Virus record (IMG/VR): IMGVR_UViG_3300036987_000532
Location: 1-44,725 of that record
Origin: a virus
Lineage: Duplodnaviria; Caudoviricetes
Reading direction: 5' to 3' (one strand)
Length of the DNA: 44,725 nucleotides
Part shown: in pieces, positions 1 to 10,005 of the stretch
Layout: the number at the start of each line of letters is the position of its first letter
Numbering within the stretch: the stretch's first letter is position 1
The notes under the pieces: model-generated
Database searches by the model: none
What the model saw: only the letters and a program-made list of their open reading frames with translations
Told to the model about the DNA's origin: nothing
Position numbers and translations under genes: made by a program

Positions 1-3000
1 TTATTGAATCATCGACATCAGTAGTTTTGTATCATCTGCTGATAATTGGTATTGTTGCATATATGCCTTTATAGCATTGCCATCATCAATTGAATATCCG
101 AAGTATGCCAGTAGCAATGATTGAACCGTTTTTGGAACTCTTTGCTGTTGCATCACAACCACCATTTTGGCTTTTCTACTTCCACTTACAACTTGACCAC
201 CGGATGTCTTATCAGCCTCTAGGTTGCTGAATGTTGAGTATAGTGAAGCGATTTGATAAATTGGCAATGTCTTTGCAATCAATCCAAGCTTGCCTATTTC
301 ATCTTCACCAGTCAAATCTTGTTTTGCTAGATTGTAGTAGTAATCGTAGATGAAACGGATTGCTCTTGCTCTAGCATTCTCATTCATATTCATGTACAAC
401 GGTGATTTAATCATCTTTGCAACGTCAGTGTCAGCCTGGTCATAAACCGTCTTAAATGCCTTGTATTGACGCTTATTCAACTTAACATTTTCATCATCTA
501 TCATCAGCGTTTTTGGTACTGATTTAGGTATGACGTTATGCCCTTGTTTATAAAGCCGAGTGATCTCATTATTCACCGATTGTTCAGATACGGATACGCT
601 TCTATCTTGAAGCATCAAATCAATAATGGTATCAGCCATGTCATCGTCATCGTTTTCGATTGCTTTGGTCAAATCCGATGTATAGGATTGTGATCTAAAA
701 TTATCCCGGTAACGATAGATTAAGTCTTGGTCAAACTTCTCGATTACACCTGTCGTGTAGGTCTCAAAGTTCTTTAATGGAATACCCAATGTCTGAGTGA
801 TACCCAAAAATAACTGTCTAAAATCTTTACTAAAGTCTTTGGCATCGTATGGTTTTTGATCCGATAACAAACCTGAACCCATATTCCAAACGCTTTGTAA
901 GCCATAATAAATGTTTGTGATGCCTGTTTGATACATATTGGTTAAGTCGTAGCCTTGTGCTAGTGAGAATAAGTCTCTAGCAATCGGGAACATTCCGATG
1001 AAGTGTGCACTCAATTCTTCCAGTGCTTGCATTAAAATTGTTTCATCATCGTCTTCACCAAACTTGATCCATCTGAACAACATACTGATCATGACTAGAT
1101 ACATGGCGTTTTGGCTGATAGCAATTGCATAACGTCTTGCATCGTTTGATGCTTCCTTGATCATCGCTGTGTCATTCAGTTCTCTTGCAATCTTGACCTT
1201 TTCAATCGAACCTGCAATTTGTGAGAATATCTGTAAAGGCTCACTCATGAACATTGTAACCATGCTCAATGCTGAACTATGTTCTCTAAGTATAGCAGGT
1301 CTATACAGTGGACTCCAGTTTGCTTGAGTTCTGATAACAGCCTCTTCAACCAACGATGCTGCTGCTTGATAATGCTCTTTGCTGTTCGGTGTATGATTAC
1401 CTTTGGTTTGTTCCAATGCAGCATTCCATATAGCACCAACAACGATTCTATCGATGATTCCGATAGGTTGTGTTGTGAGGTTTGTTAGTGCATCAAGCTT
1501 GCCTAATACGCCCAAGTCTTGCTTCAATAACCCAACGTCAATATTGTTTCCTTCACGTGCCCGGTCATAAAGCATCGGTGAGTATTCGTACAGCGTATCA
1601 TAATCAGTCTTGTTTTTGATGGCTTGTGCCATACCCTTCATCAAATGCTTAGCCTTGATGCCAACACCTTCAGCAGAGATAAGCGATGCAAACTGAGTTG
1701 CCCATACTTTAGGATTCAGCCCTAATGCTGCACGTGCCCACCATCCTCTTACCTTACCGAGTATGCGATCGAATGTGCTTGTTTCAGGACGTACACCTTG
1801 AATATCCTTGAGTAACTTATTGATGTATCTCTCAAAGAATGGTGCTTTTTTGTAAACGTGGCCAAACAAATGATCATTCTTATCGGTCTTCTTGTTCATA
1901 ACCTTGTTGAAGTTCTTGATAGGTATTGCAAGGCCATAATAAGCCGACATCTGTTGAGTGTGTCTTTCGATGACATCCAAAACGTTTTCAATCAACACTT
2001 TGTTTCTTGCATTGCGTCTGACGTTCTTATTAAATGAGGCGTTATATACGCTGAATAGGTCTTGATATTCAACTGAAGCATCACCGATATTTTTCACAAG
2101 GACATCGTTTGAAACTCTGATAGGATAATACTCTTCATCAGCAACATTTGTGACACCAAACAATGCAACATCGGTCTCAACTTTGGCATCACGTGCAATC
2201 TTATTAAAGAACGCTTGCGTGAGCGTGATGAACTCCATTTCAGCAGTAGTGAATTTGAACCCATTGATTTGATCCAATGTGATGCTTACATCTGTGCCTT
2301 GTCTATCAGCATCTTTGAATAAATGTTTCTTTGCCAAGCCCTCATCCGATATTCTGACTGTGCCTGACTTTTCATCGATATTGAATAGATGCGATAACGC
2401 CTGGTTTCTTTTTGACAGCAAGTATAGAGAGATCAATTGGCCTTTAGATACCTTGACGCCATCAATCTCAACCGATGGTGTACGCCATCCATCAACTTCT
2501 TTGCGATGCTTTTCAAAGAACGCTTTGTAATGATTTGCTGTTCTTTGCTTAAATAAGGATTGTTTCTTAATACCTTCATGAAGTTCACGGAACAGTTGTG
2601 AGAAGTAACCGTTTTTCTTGAAGTTTGATAATCTTTCAAAGATCCACACGCTTGATAAGTTCCAGTACTTGTAACTATTCAATGTTGAATCTTTTACTGG
2701 GATCATGTTTTGCGTTTCGCCAACCGCTCTATCCACCAACTCAGTAAGGCTTTGTTCCTTGCTTTGGAAGAATACCCGGTCATAACTCTTCACGTTGTGT
2801 ATAAAGTTAGTGAGTACCATGTCAATTGCATTGAAATCATCAATCGTCAGTGCTCCTTGGCCGTTTGCTAGGTCTTTGATTAAATCGCCATACGGATTCA
2901 GCCCAAACGTGTTGGCGTTTTCTAACTTGTGATACAACTCGAATAAAGGTAACTTTTTGCCTGATCCATCATCAACATCAGTCATATACTTTTTGAAGAT

Positions 3001-6000
3001 TTCTCTGACAGTGTTTGCTGATGCTAGATTGCCACGCCATGTCTTGATTCCTCTTAACAATTTGACGGCAAGCACGATTTCTTTAGACAAAGGTATTTCC
3101 TCAACCGATTGGTATTTCTCAAGTGCAGATACTCGATCGATTGTCTTGAAAAGACGACTGACAGCAAAACTCATTTCTTTTGCATCTCTCAGTCTTGACT
3201 TCATGTCTTTTAATATGCCCTGATACTTGCTGATTTCCTTGTTGATAGGTGTTGCTTTTCCATACTTTTCCCATGAGTTCAAGATTTCACGGACGATGTT
3301 GTTTTTAAGATCAATCATCTCTTGTTTGGATAATTCAGACTTGAGTGATTTCGCATCGGTCTTTAGGTTATCTTTAGCTTGCTCATAGCGATTCATGAAA
3401 TTGACAAACTGTTCGGCTTCGGTGTTTCCATCGATTTGAATACCGGATTCAGCCAGTTCCTGAACAACATCACCCATATTGATGGACTTCTTACCTTTTC
3501 TTACACCCCACATGAGGAACGGTGTATTATTCTTGCCATATGTGTTTCTGATGTCAGCCTTAATCGTTGATAAGTCTATTTGATGCTTAAACACGCTAAC
3601 AGCAGCGACATACTCAGCATCGACCTTATTCATCTCGTCAGCATAGACATCTTCAGCAACGGCATTCTCGATAATGTAGTTAGCGATATCAATTGCAGCA
3701 CCACCACGTTCACCCTCATCAAGTGAGTTCAATGCTTCCCACATCTCTTGTACAACCTCTTGGCGGGTCTTGTTTCCGATATTGCCATCATATTGTTCAA
3801 ACACCATATACTCGTTCATAATCGTGTTTACAATCATTTCAGCATCGGCTTTAGAATATGTCTTATCCTTTGTGAAGCGTGCGACTATCTTCTTCACTTC
3901 GCCCTTTGTATATGTGTCTTTTTCCTTAGAATACCGGATATCAGGATCCACCGATGGATTGAGGTTGCTTGTGAGTTTGATTTGTTCCGGTTCAAATGCA
4001 ATCATCCATGTTTGGTCAATGTAGTCAAATTGGAATCCTTCAAGGATAATACCATCATGCCCTCTCTTTTGTGCATTTTTAAGATACAAGTCAGTCAAAA
4101 GCGATGTAATCTTAGCGTTTTTCCGATAACCCTTTTCCTTGACATAGTATTCTCTAATGATATCGTCAGCATTGTTTTTGTTTAGGATCATTGGATTCTT
4201 GAGGTTAAGATATACTTTTTTAACATAAATGTCTTTGCCGTCATCAAACTTCGAGCGATCACTAGCAAACTTGTTTGCATACTTTTCGCTGCTTGTGAAC
4301 ATAAAGCCGTTGTATGATCTGTTCTTAATCATCTCTTTGCTAAATTCATTGAAATAACTTGTACTTCCATGATACATAACAAGCAATTTCCCATCAGCAT
4401 CTCTAGCCTTGCTATCTTTGAAGTACTCAGCTTGCTCGGTTGTGAGGTATTGGCCATCGGCATCCTGTTCCTTAGAGAAACGGATGTCTCTTTTGATTGT
4501 CGGCTTAATGTTACTTGTCAACTTAATCTGGTTAGGATTAAAGGCAACATAGTTTTCTACACCATTCTCATACATTTCGATACCATCATAACCCTCATCT
4601 CGGATATAGTCGATAATTGATTTTTTTGTATTTGAATCATACGTCAATTCAAGATTCACCCAATTATCTTGGTTTTCAAGTTGTGTTGTCTTTTGAGTGT
4701 GTTTATAAGGACTCACGGTATAATTCTCAAATTCCCACTCTGAAGGAGCATAACCATATGCTTTGATATAATCTTCTTTGTTGAAACGTCTATCAACAAC
4801 TCTAATCGTAATTGGCTTCCCATCTAGAAGTGTTTTGATTTGATCCTCTGTTGCATACTTAAGGTACGATGAATTGTATCCACTCACAACCACAACGTTG
4901 TCATCTTTATCGATTCCAACAAATACATCATTATTGTATCCGTAAATATCATCTCCAATTATTTTGCCAAACGATGCCTTTTTGATTTGTTCCTTTGACC
5001 ATGATGGTGGCATAGTTCTTTTACCCATAATCGTATTTACCCATGTTTCTTGGTCATATTTACGATTAGCAAATCCCAACGTCATGTTTTCGACATCAAT
5101 CTTAGAAATAAGTTCTCTGACTTGTGTTTCGTTCCTTGAATGAAACATCTTTTTGATATTTAGATAGACCTCATGCACAAAAACATCAGCATCCATAGAT
5201 TGATCAAACGATTTCTCCTGAGCATAATCTTCAGCGAATTTCTTACTCTTGGAAAAAAACATCATGTCGCCTTTGAATGTGTAAAACTTGTTGAATGGGG
5301 ATCCATGATACATAACCATCAAATTACCGTTTTTGTCTCTTGCTTCGCTGTCTTTGAAGAATCTCTCTTGTTCTTTTGACAATGGATTGCCTTTAGAATC
5401 AACTGAATCTTCGGCTTTTGCAAGTCGTTTTTCTGCCATCCGCTTCTTAGCCATTTGCTGTTGAACATACTTCATTGCATCACTTGATTGTGTTGGCTCA
5501 TAAACACCATTACCTATCCATCCACCACTAGCAATATCAGTTGCATCAATACCATTTGCTTTGATGAATGAAACGTGCGTAGGTTGATTGATTGCAGGAA
5601 TGACTGATCCATCAATCAATTCGATTGCAGGAACTCCGTCCATGCTAGATATGTCTTGATTTAAGTCAATGTTTGGATACTTACTCATCAAAGATTCATC
5701 GCTGATTGAATATCTATATCTATTGCTATCATTACGCTGATCTTGAATCATGTTGCCTCTTTCATCAATCGCATAAGATTTTTTCTCATAATATGGCTCA
5801 TCGTAAAGTCTTGCACTATTTAACTTATCTTTCGATGCCAAACGTGCCTCATGTTCACCTAAGAGGTTAAGATATGCTTCATATGAAGCGTCTCTCTTCC
5901 TTTTCTCGATGTAATCAGTAACAAAAGCATCGATTTCATATTGATCGACTAATCCTTTTTTATTTGCCTCTTCATTGGCTTCTATGAACAATTTGGCTGC

Positions 6001-9000
6001 TATAAGTTTATATCCAACATCTAAATTGCCACCTTGTGCCCATCGCTCATAATCTTGAATAATATGTTGAACCTCGTGTACAATCGTGTCCTCTAACGCA
6101 CTCATCTCTTTATCTGGGTTTGATAAAAGACTCTTCTTATTGACCAGTTCATTCTTTCTTCTCTCAAGCATTTCATTTAACACATCAATCATTTGGGCTG
6201 AATCCACTACTGAATATATCGCTCTTGCATTTCTTATCAATAAATCAGCTGATACGTTCCCGGTTCTCGGATTGACAATTTCGCTATTATCCTTCAAATA
6301 ACTGATTGCCACTTCGGCATATTTGATGATATTTTCTAACGCTTTGATATCAGCCTTCTTCCCATCCTCATTCAATGACAAAAAGGTTTTGTATGTATAT
6401 ATCGTGATGTTTCTTCCATCCCACATACCATACGCATTCGCTAGTTCACTGGAAAAGTAAACATAGATGTTTTCTAAAATTGGATAATGTGAGTAGAGGT
6501 TTGGTGATTGCATGACTTCCGAAAGTTTCATTTTTTGTGCTGACAAGGTATTGTTCTCGTGCCAATACTCCAGATTTTCCCTTATCTTTTTCGTGTTGAA
6601 TTTCGTATCAGACGTATCGATTCTATATTTCCAGTTGTTATCCTTAGACAATAACCAACCTGTTTCAAACACGATTTCATCGATGTTCAGTTTTCCTTCT
6701 TTGACTTGTTTTTCGTGCATCTTTTCCGCAGCAATCAATCTAGATCCCAATGCTTCAGCGTCAAGAAACTCGTACTTGACGAGTAAGGACTCAAAGCCTT
6801 CTATATTGACATCATATCTTCCTGTTTCTCCATATGACTTGATTCTTTGGATGAAATCGTTAATGTCATCTGGGTTTAGTTCGTACTCATTTTGGAACAT
6901 CTCGTGTGCTTTCCAAGCATCTTCGGTCTGATACTTCTCTTGTAGCATGTTTTCGATATTCTTCCATGCCACGACATAAGATTCGTTTTTGAAGTTCTCA
7001 GCTACCATTTTCAATGTTGAATCCCACTTGGCAAGTTTTCTAACAACATCGGTTAAACTGATTCTGATAGTTCTTGGAAAACGCACCTTATCCGAACCCT
7101 CGCCAACAAGCATATATCTGATATCAACATGAGATGATGGATTGATGTTTGTGGTACTCTTGACCTGGTGAGGATTAAAAGCAACGACTGTATAAGAACC
7201 GTTTGCATTTTCAACAATAATTCCATCGTGGCCACGTTGCATCAGTAACTCAGATATTCTTTCGCCTCTAATGCCGTTATCGCCTTTGCTCTCATCCCAC
7301 GCTTTGTCAAGTCTAGGGCTTCCGATGTATGGATTCTCAATCTTAGCATAGAGTTCCATCTTAATGCCATCTTTAGAGTAATAATCGATTGTATCCTGAT
7401 CGTTGGTCAAGTAGATACCATCACCATGATAGCCTCTATCGCTCTTCCTAAAGACTGTGAAGTCTGCTTTAGTGCCGTGATACAACTTCAAAAGATTGCC
7501 GTCTTTGTCAACAGCTTTTGAGTTATTGAAGAATATCTTTTGTGGAGGTGTGAGTTTTTCACCCTTATCGTTTGTTTCAATAGAGAATCTTTGATCGTTG
7601 ACATCAGAATTTATTTCGGTATCCTCATTGACATTGTTATCTACTTGTTGTAGAATAGTGTCATAAACCAATGTGTCTAGGAAGTTTGGCCGTGTATGGG
7701 CTATTCTACTAAACAAATCATTGGTTTTTTCTTTATTCGCATACATGATGTTTGATTTATTTCTGTCAATGAATTCAGCAAATCCATCTCTTCCGTAAAT
7801 TGACAGAATATGATTTGCTTCGATCATAATCTCATTCACGTAACTTACAGCATTGATTTTTATAGGAATGATTATCGGTGATCCATCGACATCAAGATTC
7901 TCACTTACAATAATAACTCTATTTTTGCCTGTTTTAATTGCCATTGTTGGATTGCCTAAATCTTTAATCAAGACATCCTCTATGTATGACAAAGGGATTG
8001 CGTGCTTCTTATTGTTTGATTCTTTTGGTGAAGCAATGATGTTCTTTAAGTGGTTTTGTGTGATTGTCAGGCGGTAATTCTTCAAACCTATGTTATGCAA
8101 AAATTCAGGTGTGAAATCCAAAAATACAGAGTTTTTGGATAGTAATTCACCTGCTAAAGCCTTTCTAATTTGTTCTTTTCTTAGATAAGCAATACTATAT
8201 CTCTTGTTTTCAGTTGCTGCTTTATCGATATCTGAGACTTTGACGCCTGATTCAGCGTTCTCGATCGCCTTTGCAAACTTCTTTTCAGCCTTCTTAAGAA
8301 TGTCAAAATATGACTTCTCTTCCGGAGTCATTTCTTTATCTTTTCCCATCTCAGCAACCATCTTTTTAGCCCAATCATAGACCTTTTTAAGTGTCTTTTT
8401 AGATTCAGTCATATCAGCCAAACGATTGAGTGATGCTTCCGAACCAAATACTGTTTCAGTGATGTGAGCCAGTACCTCAGTTCTATTTACCCATTCTTGA
8501 CCTTGTGCTGTTGCTGCTTGGCCATCATACTTCTTTAGAATCTTATCAATCTTGATGCCACGTTCATCAAGCATCTTTTGAACTTGAGGATTGTTTTCGA
8601 CTTCTTTTCTGATGAACTTTGAGTATTCATTGTATTCCCGGTCACCTAACGTCTCAATGTTATGTGTCAGTTCATGTGCATATGCGATATATGGATTCTT
8701 TGCCTTTGAGTTGATGACGATGGTGTTGGTATTTGGATCAAAGAAAGCGTTGTATCCCTTTGCAACGTTATCAGCAAAAACGACACGCTTATTCATGCGT
8801 GATCCAATTTGCAATACTCTCTCTTGTTCGACAGTAATCTTCTTAGAAACGACCAATGGTTTGCCGTTTGGTGCTGATGGAAGTTTGCCTCTCTTGGCTA
8901 GAGTATTCACTCCACCCTCGTTAGCGACCTCGACTGTTCCATCTTCCTTGAAGTAATTCTCAAGCTTGTATTGTTTAAGCGTTTCCTTACGCTTGTTTTC

Positions 9001-10002
9001 GTCCATTTTAACGAGTTTCTTGCTCATCTTAGTAAGTACTTCATCCACACTCTTAGATGTGTTAGATGCGTCAATACCACGTCCAAATTGCTTGCTTTCC
9101 TTCTTCGATAAGACGTTGATATCGGTAGCAAGAGAATCGACTGTATTGACATACGCACTTCCCAAAGCAATGCTTGTCAGAGATCCGATGATTGCTGACT
9201 CAGCGATTTGTTCCAAGTGTTTTTCGGTTAAGAATTCAGCACTCTTGTCATATGTCGCTCTTTTCCAAAGTGGATCAAACAACTCAGCAACAGCCTCTTC
9301 AAAACCCTCACCTGCCACATTCATTGCAGCCTTAAAAATAGGCTTTGTAGCAACCTTTGCAATAATATTATCTAGTGCACCCTTACCTATTGTTTTTGAT
9401 AATACTGAACCACCACCGAAGATGCGTTCAGTGATAAGTTCAGTCAAACCATTTAAGTTACCATACATTGATGCTTGTTCAAACTTTGCACCCTCATTCA
9501 GTGCTTCTTCAGTGGCTTGACCTGCCGCACCTGCGAATAAGACGGCTTGAGATACGCCTTGAGCCACCTTCATTGAGAATCCTAAAGCACCGAGTGCTTG
9601 CCCGGTTGCGATCATTGGCAACATACCACCAACACCTTCGGCAGTTCCACGTACAATGCGTTGTCCTCTATCACTCATCTGATTGACATATGAGCCATCT
9701 GTGTTTCTAATTGATTGGTCAATCTTAGAAATCAAAGATGGATTCCTCATCGAATGGAACGGATCAAACGGCTGAGGGCTTTGAATGTAATTGATCATAC
9801 TGTCAATGCCAGTATTCTCTTGAATCTTCATTTGCATACGGTACTTGAGGGATGTATCGAACATCCCTCCAACAGTACCAATAGATTCAAGTGCTTTATT
9901 TCTGATACCCTCAAGTGATTTTGCACCACCGATAATGATTTGCTTCATTAAGTCATCGAAAGTGTCTTTAGTTTTGCTAAACACATTGTAGTTTTTGTTC
10001 AT
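1..10002 (-). CDS. Giant polyvalent protein, probable internal virion/ejection protein (2 HExxH peptidase-like, MuF-C-like, LPD23-like, 3 ART-PolyVal-like units)
   Basis: 3333-aa ORF with RBS GGGAG. Gly/Ala-rich hydrophobic N-terminus, HELTH (8662-8676), HEVQH (6064-6078), TGW...WKYRID, three YHG[TS]...AF.P.Q[IV]K units and a long helical C-terminal region. Last gene of the structural operon. Confidence 0.85.
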   Translation of the reverse strand: MNKNYNVFSKTKDTFDDLMKQIIIGGAKSLEGIRNKALESIGTVGGMFDTSLKYRMQMKIQENTGIDSMINYIQSPQPFDPFHSMRNPSLISKIDQSIRNTDGSYVNQMSDRGQRIVRGTAEGVGGMLPMIATGQALGALGFSMKVAQGVSQAVLFAGAAGQATEEALNEGAKFEQASMYGNLNGLTELITERIFGGGSVLSKTIGKGALDNIIAKVATKPIFKAAMNVAGEGFEEAVAELFDPLWKRATYDKSAEFLTEKHLEQIAESAIIGSLTSIALGSAYVNTVDSLATDINVLSKKESKQFGRGIDASNTSKSVDEVLTKMSKKLVKMDENKRKETLKQYKLENYFKEDGTVEVANEGGVNTLAKRGKLPSAPNGKPLVVSKKITVEQERVLQIGSRMNKRVVFADNVAKGYNAFFDPNTNTIVINSKAKNPYIAYAHELTHNIETLGDREYNEYSKFIRKEVENNPQVQKMLDERGIKIDKILKKYDGQAATAQGQEWVNRTEVLAHITETVFGSEASLNRLADMTESKKTLKKVYDWAKKMVAEMGKDKEMTPEEKSYFDILKKAEKKFAKAIENAESGVKVSDIDKAATENKRYSIAYLRKEQIRKALAGELLSKNSVFLDFTPEFLHNIGLKNYRLTITQNHLKNIIASPKESNNKKHAIPLSYIEDVLIKDLGNPTMAIKTGKNRVIIVSENLDVDGSPIIIPIKINAVSYVNEIMIEANHILSIYGRDGFAEFIDRNKSNIMYANKEKTNDLFSRIAHTRPNFLDTLVYDTILQQVDNNVNEDTEINSDVNDQRFSIETNDKGEKLTPPQKIFFNNSKAVDKDGNLLKLYHGTKADFTVFRKSDRGYHGDGIYLTNDQDTIDYYSKDGIKMELYAKIENPYIGSPRLDKAWDESKGDNGIRGERISELLMQRGHDGIIVENANGSYTVVAFNPHQVKSTTNINPSSHVDIRYMLVGEGSDKVRFPRTIRISLTDVVRKLAKWDSTLKMVAENFKNESYVVAWKNIENMLQEKYQTEDAWKAHEMFQNEYELNPDDINDFIQRIKSYGETGRYDVNIEGFESLLVKYEFLDAEALGSRLIAAEKMHEKQVKEGKLNIDEIVFETGWLLSKDNNWKYRIDTSDTKFNTKKIRENLEYWHENNTLSAQKMKLSEVMQSPNLYSHYPILENIYVYFSSELANAYGMWDGRNITIYTYKTFLSLNEDGKKADIKALENIIKYAEVAISYLKDNSEIVNPRTGNVSADLLIRNARAIYSVVDSAQMIDVLNEMLERRKNELVNKKSLLSNPDKEMSALEDTIVHEVQHIIQDYERWAQGGNLDVGYKLIAAKLFIEANEEANKKGLVDQYEIDAFVTDYIEKRKRDASYEAYLNLLGEHEARLASKDKLNSARLYDEPYYEKKSYAIDERGNMIQDQRNDSNRYRYSISDESLMSKYPNIDLNQDISSMDGVPAIELIDGSVIPAINQPTHVSFIKANGIDATDIASGGWIGNGVYEPTQSSDAMKYVQQQMAKKRMAEKRLAKAEDSVDSKGNPLSKEQERFFKDSEARDKNGNLMVMYHGSPFNKFYTFKGDMMFFSKSKKFAEDYAQEKSFDQSMDADVFVHEVYLNIKKMFHSRNETQVRELISKIDVENMTLGFANRKYDQETWVNTIMGKRTMPPSWSKEQIKKASFGKIIGDDIYGYNNDVFVGIDKDDNVVVVSGYNSSYLKYATEDQIKTLLDGKPITIRVVDRRFNKEDYIKAYGYAPSEWEFENYTVSPYKHTQKTTQLENQDNWVNLELTYDSNTKKSIIDYIRDEGYDGIEMYENGVENYVAFNPNQIKLTSNIKPTIKRDIRFSKEQDADGQYLTTEQAEYFKDSKARDADGKLLVMYHGSTSYFNEFSKEMIKNRSYNGFMFTSSEKYANKFASDRSKFDDGKDIYVKKVYLNLKNPMILNKNNADDIIREYYVKEKGYRKNAKITSLLTDLYLKNAQKRGHDGIILEGFQFDYIDQTWMIAFEPEQIKLTSNLNPSVDPDIRYSKEKDTYTKGEVKKIVARFTKDKTYSKADAEMIVNTIMNEYMVFEQYDGNIGNKTRQEVVQEMWEALNSLDEGERGGAAIDIANYIIENAVAEDVYADEMNKVDAEYVAAVSVFKHQIDLSTIKADIRNTYGKNNTPFLMWGVRKGKKSINMGDVVQELAESGIQIDGNTEAEQFVNFMNRYEQAKDNLKTDAKSLKSELSKQEMIDLKNNIVREILNSWEKYGKATPINKEISKYQGILKDMKSRLRDAKEMSFAVSRLFKTIDRVSALEKYQSVEEIPLSKEIVLAVKLLRGIKTWRGNLASANTVREIFKKYMTDVDDGSGKKLPLFELYHKLENANTFGLNPYGDLIKDLANGQGALTIDDFNAIDMVLTNFIHNVKSYDRVFFQSKEQSLTELVDRAVGETQNMIPVKDSTLNSYKYWNLSSVWIFERLSNFKKNGYFSQLFRELHEGIKKQSLFKQRTANHYKAFFEKHRKEVDGWRTPSVEIDGVKVSKGQLISLYLLSKRNQALSHLFNIDEKSGTVRISDEGLAKKHLFKDADRQGTDVSITLDQINGFKFTTAEMEFITLTQAFFNKIARDAKVETDVALFGVTNVADEEYYPIRVSNDVLVKNIGDASVEYQDLFSVYNASFNKNVRRNARNKVLIENVLDVIERHTQQMSAYYGLAIPIKNFNKVMNKKTDKNDHLFGHVYKKAPFFERYINKLLKDIQGVRPETSTFDRILGKVRGWWARAALGLNPKVWATQFASLISAEGVGIKAKHLMKGMAQAIKNKTDYDTLYEYSPMLYDRAREGNNIDVGLLKQDLGVLGKLDALTNLTTQPIGIIDRIVVGAIWNAALEQTKGNHTPNSKEHYQAAASLVEEAVIRTQANWSPLYRPAILREHSSALSMVTMFMSEPLQIFSQIAGSIEKVKIARELNDTAMIKEASNDARRYAIAISQNAMYLVMISMLFRWIKFGEDDDETILMQALEELSAHFIGMFPIARDLFSLAQGYDLTNMYQTGITNIYYGLQSVWNMGSGLLSDQKPYDAKDFSKDFRQLFLGITQTLGIPLKNFETYTTGVIEKFDQDLIYRYRDNFRSQSYTSDLTKAIENDDDDMADTIIDLMLQDRSVSVSEQSVNNEITRLYKQGHNVIPKSVPKTLMIDDENVKLNKRQYKAFKTVYDQADTDVAKMIKSPLYMNMNENARARAIRFIYDYYYNLAKQDLTGEDEIGKLGLIAKTLPIYQIASLYSTFSNLEADKTSGGQVVSGSRKAKMVVVMQQQRVPKTVQSLLLAYFGYSIDDGNAIKAYMQQYQLSADDTKLLMSMIQ

Positions 10003-10005
10003 GTT

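Noticed and set aside
1-10002. Tape measure protein or virion RNA polymerase
   Set aside because: No long-tail genes, no periodic tape-measure repeats and no RNA polymerase catalytic motif recognised. The domain content fits a polyvalent ejection protein.
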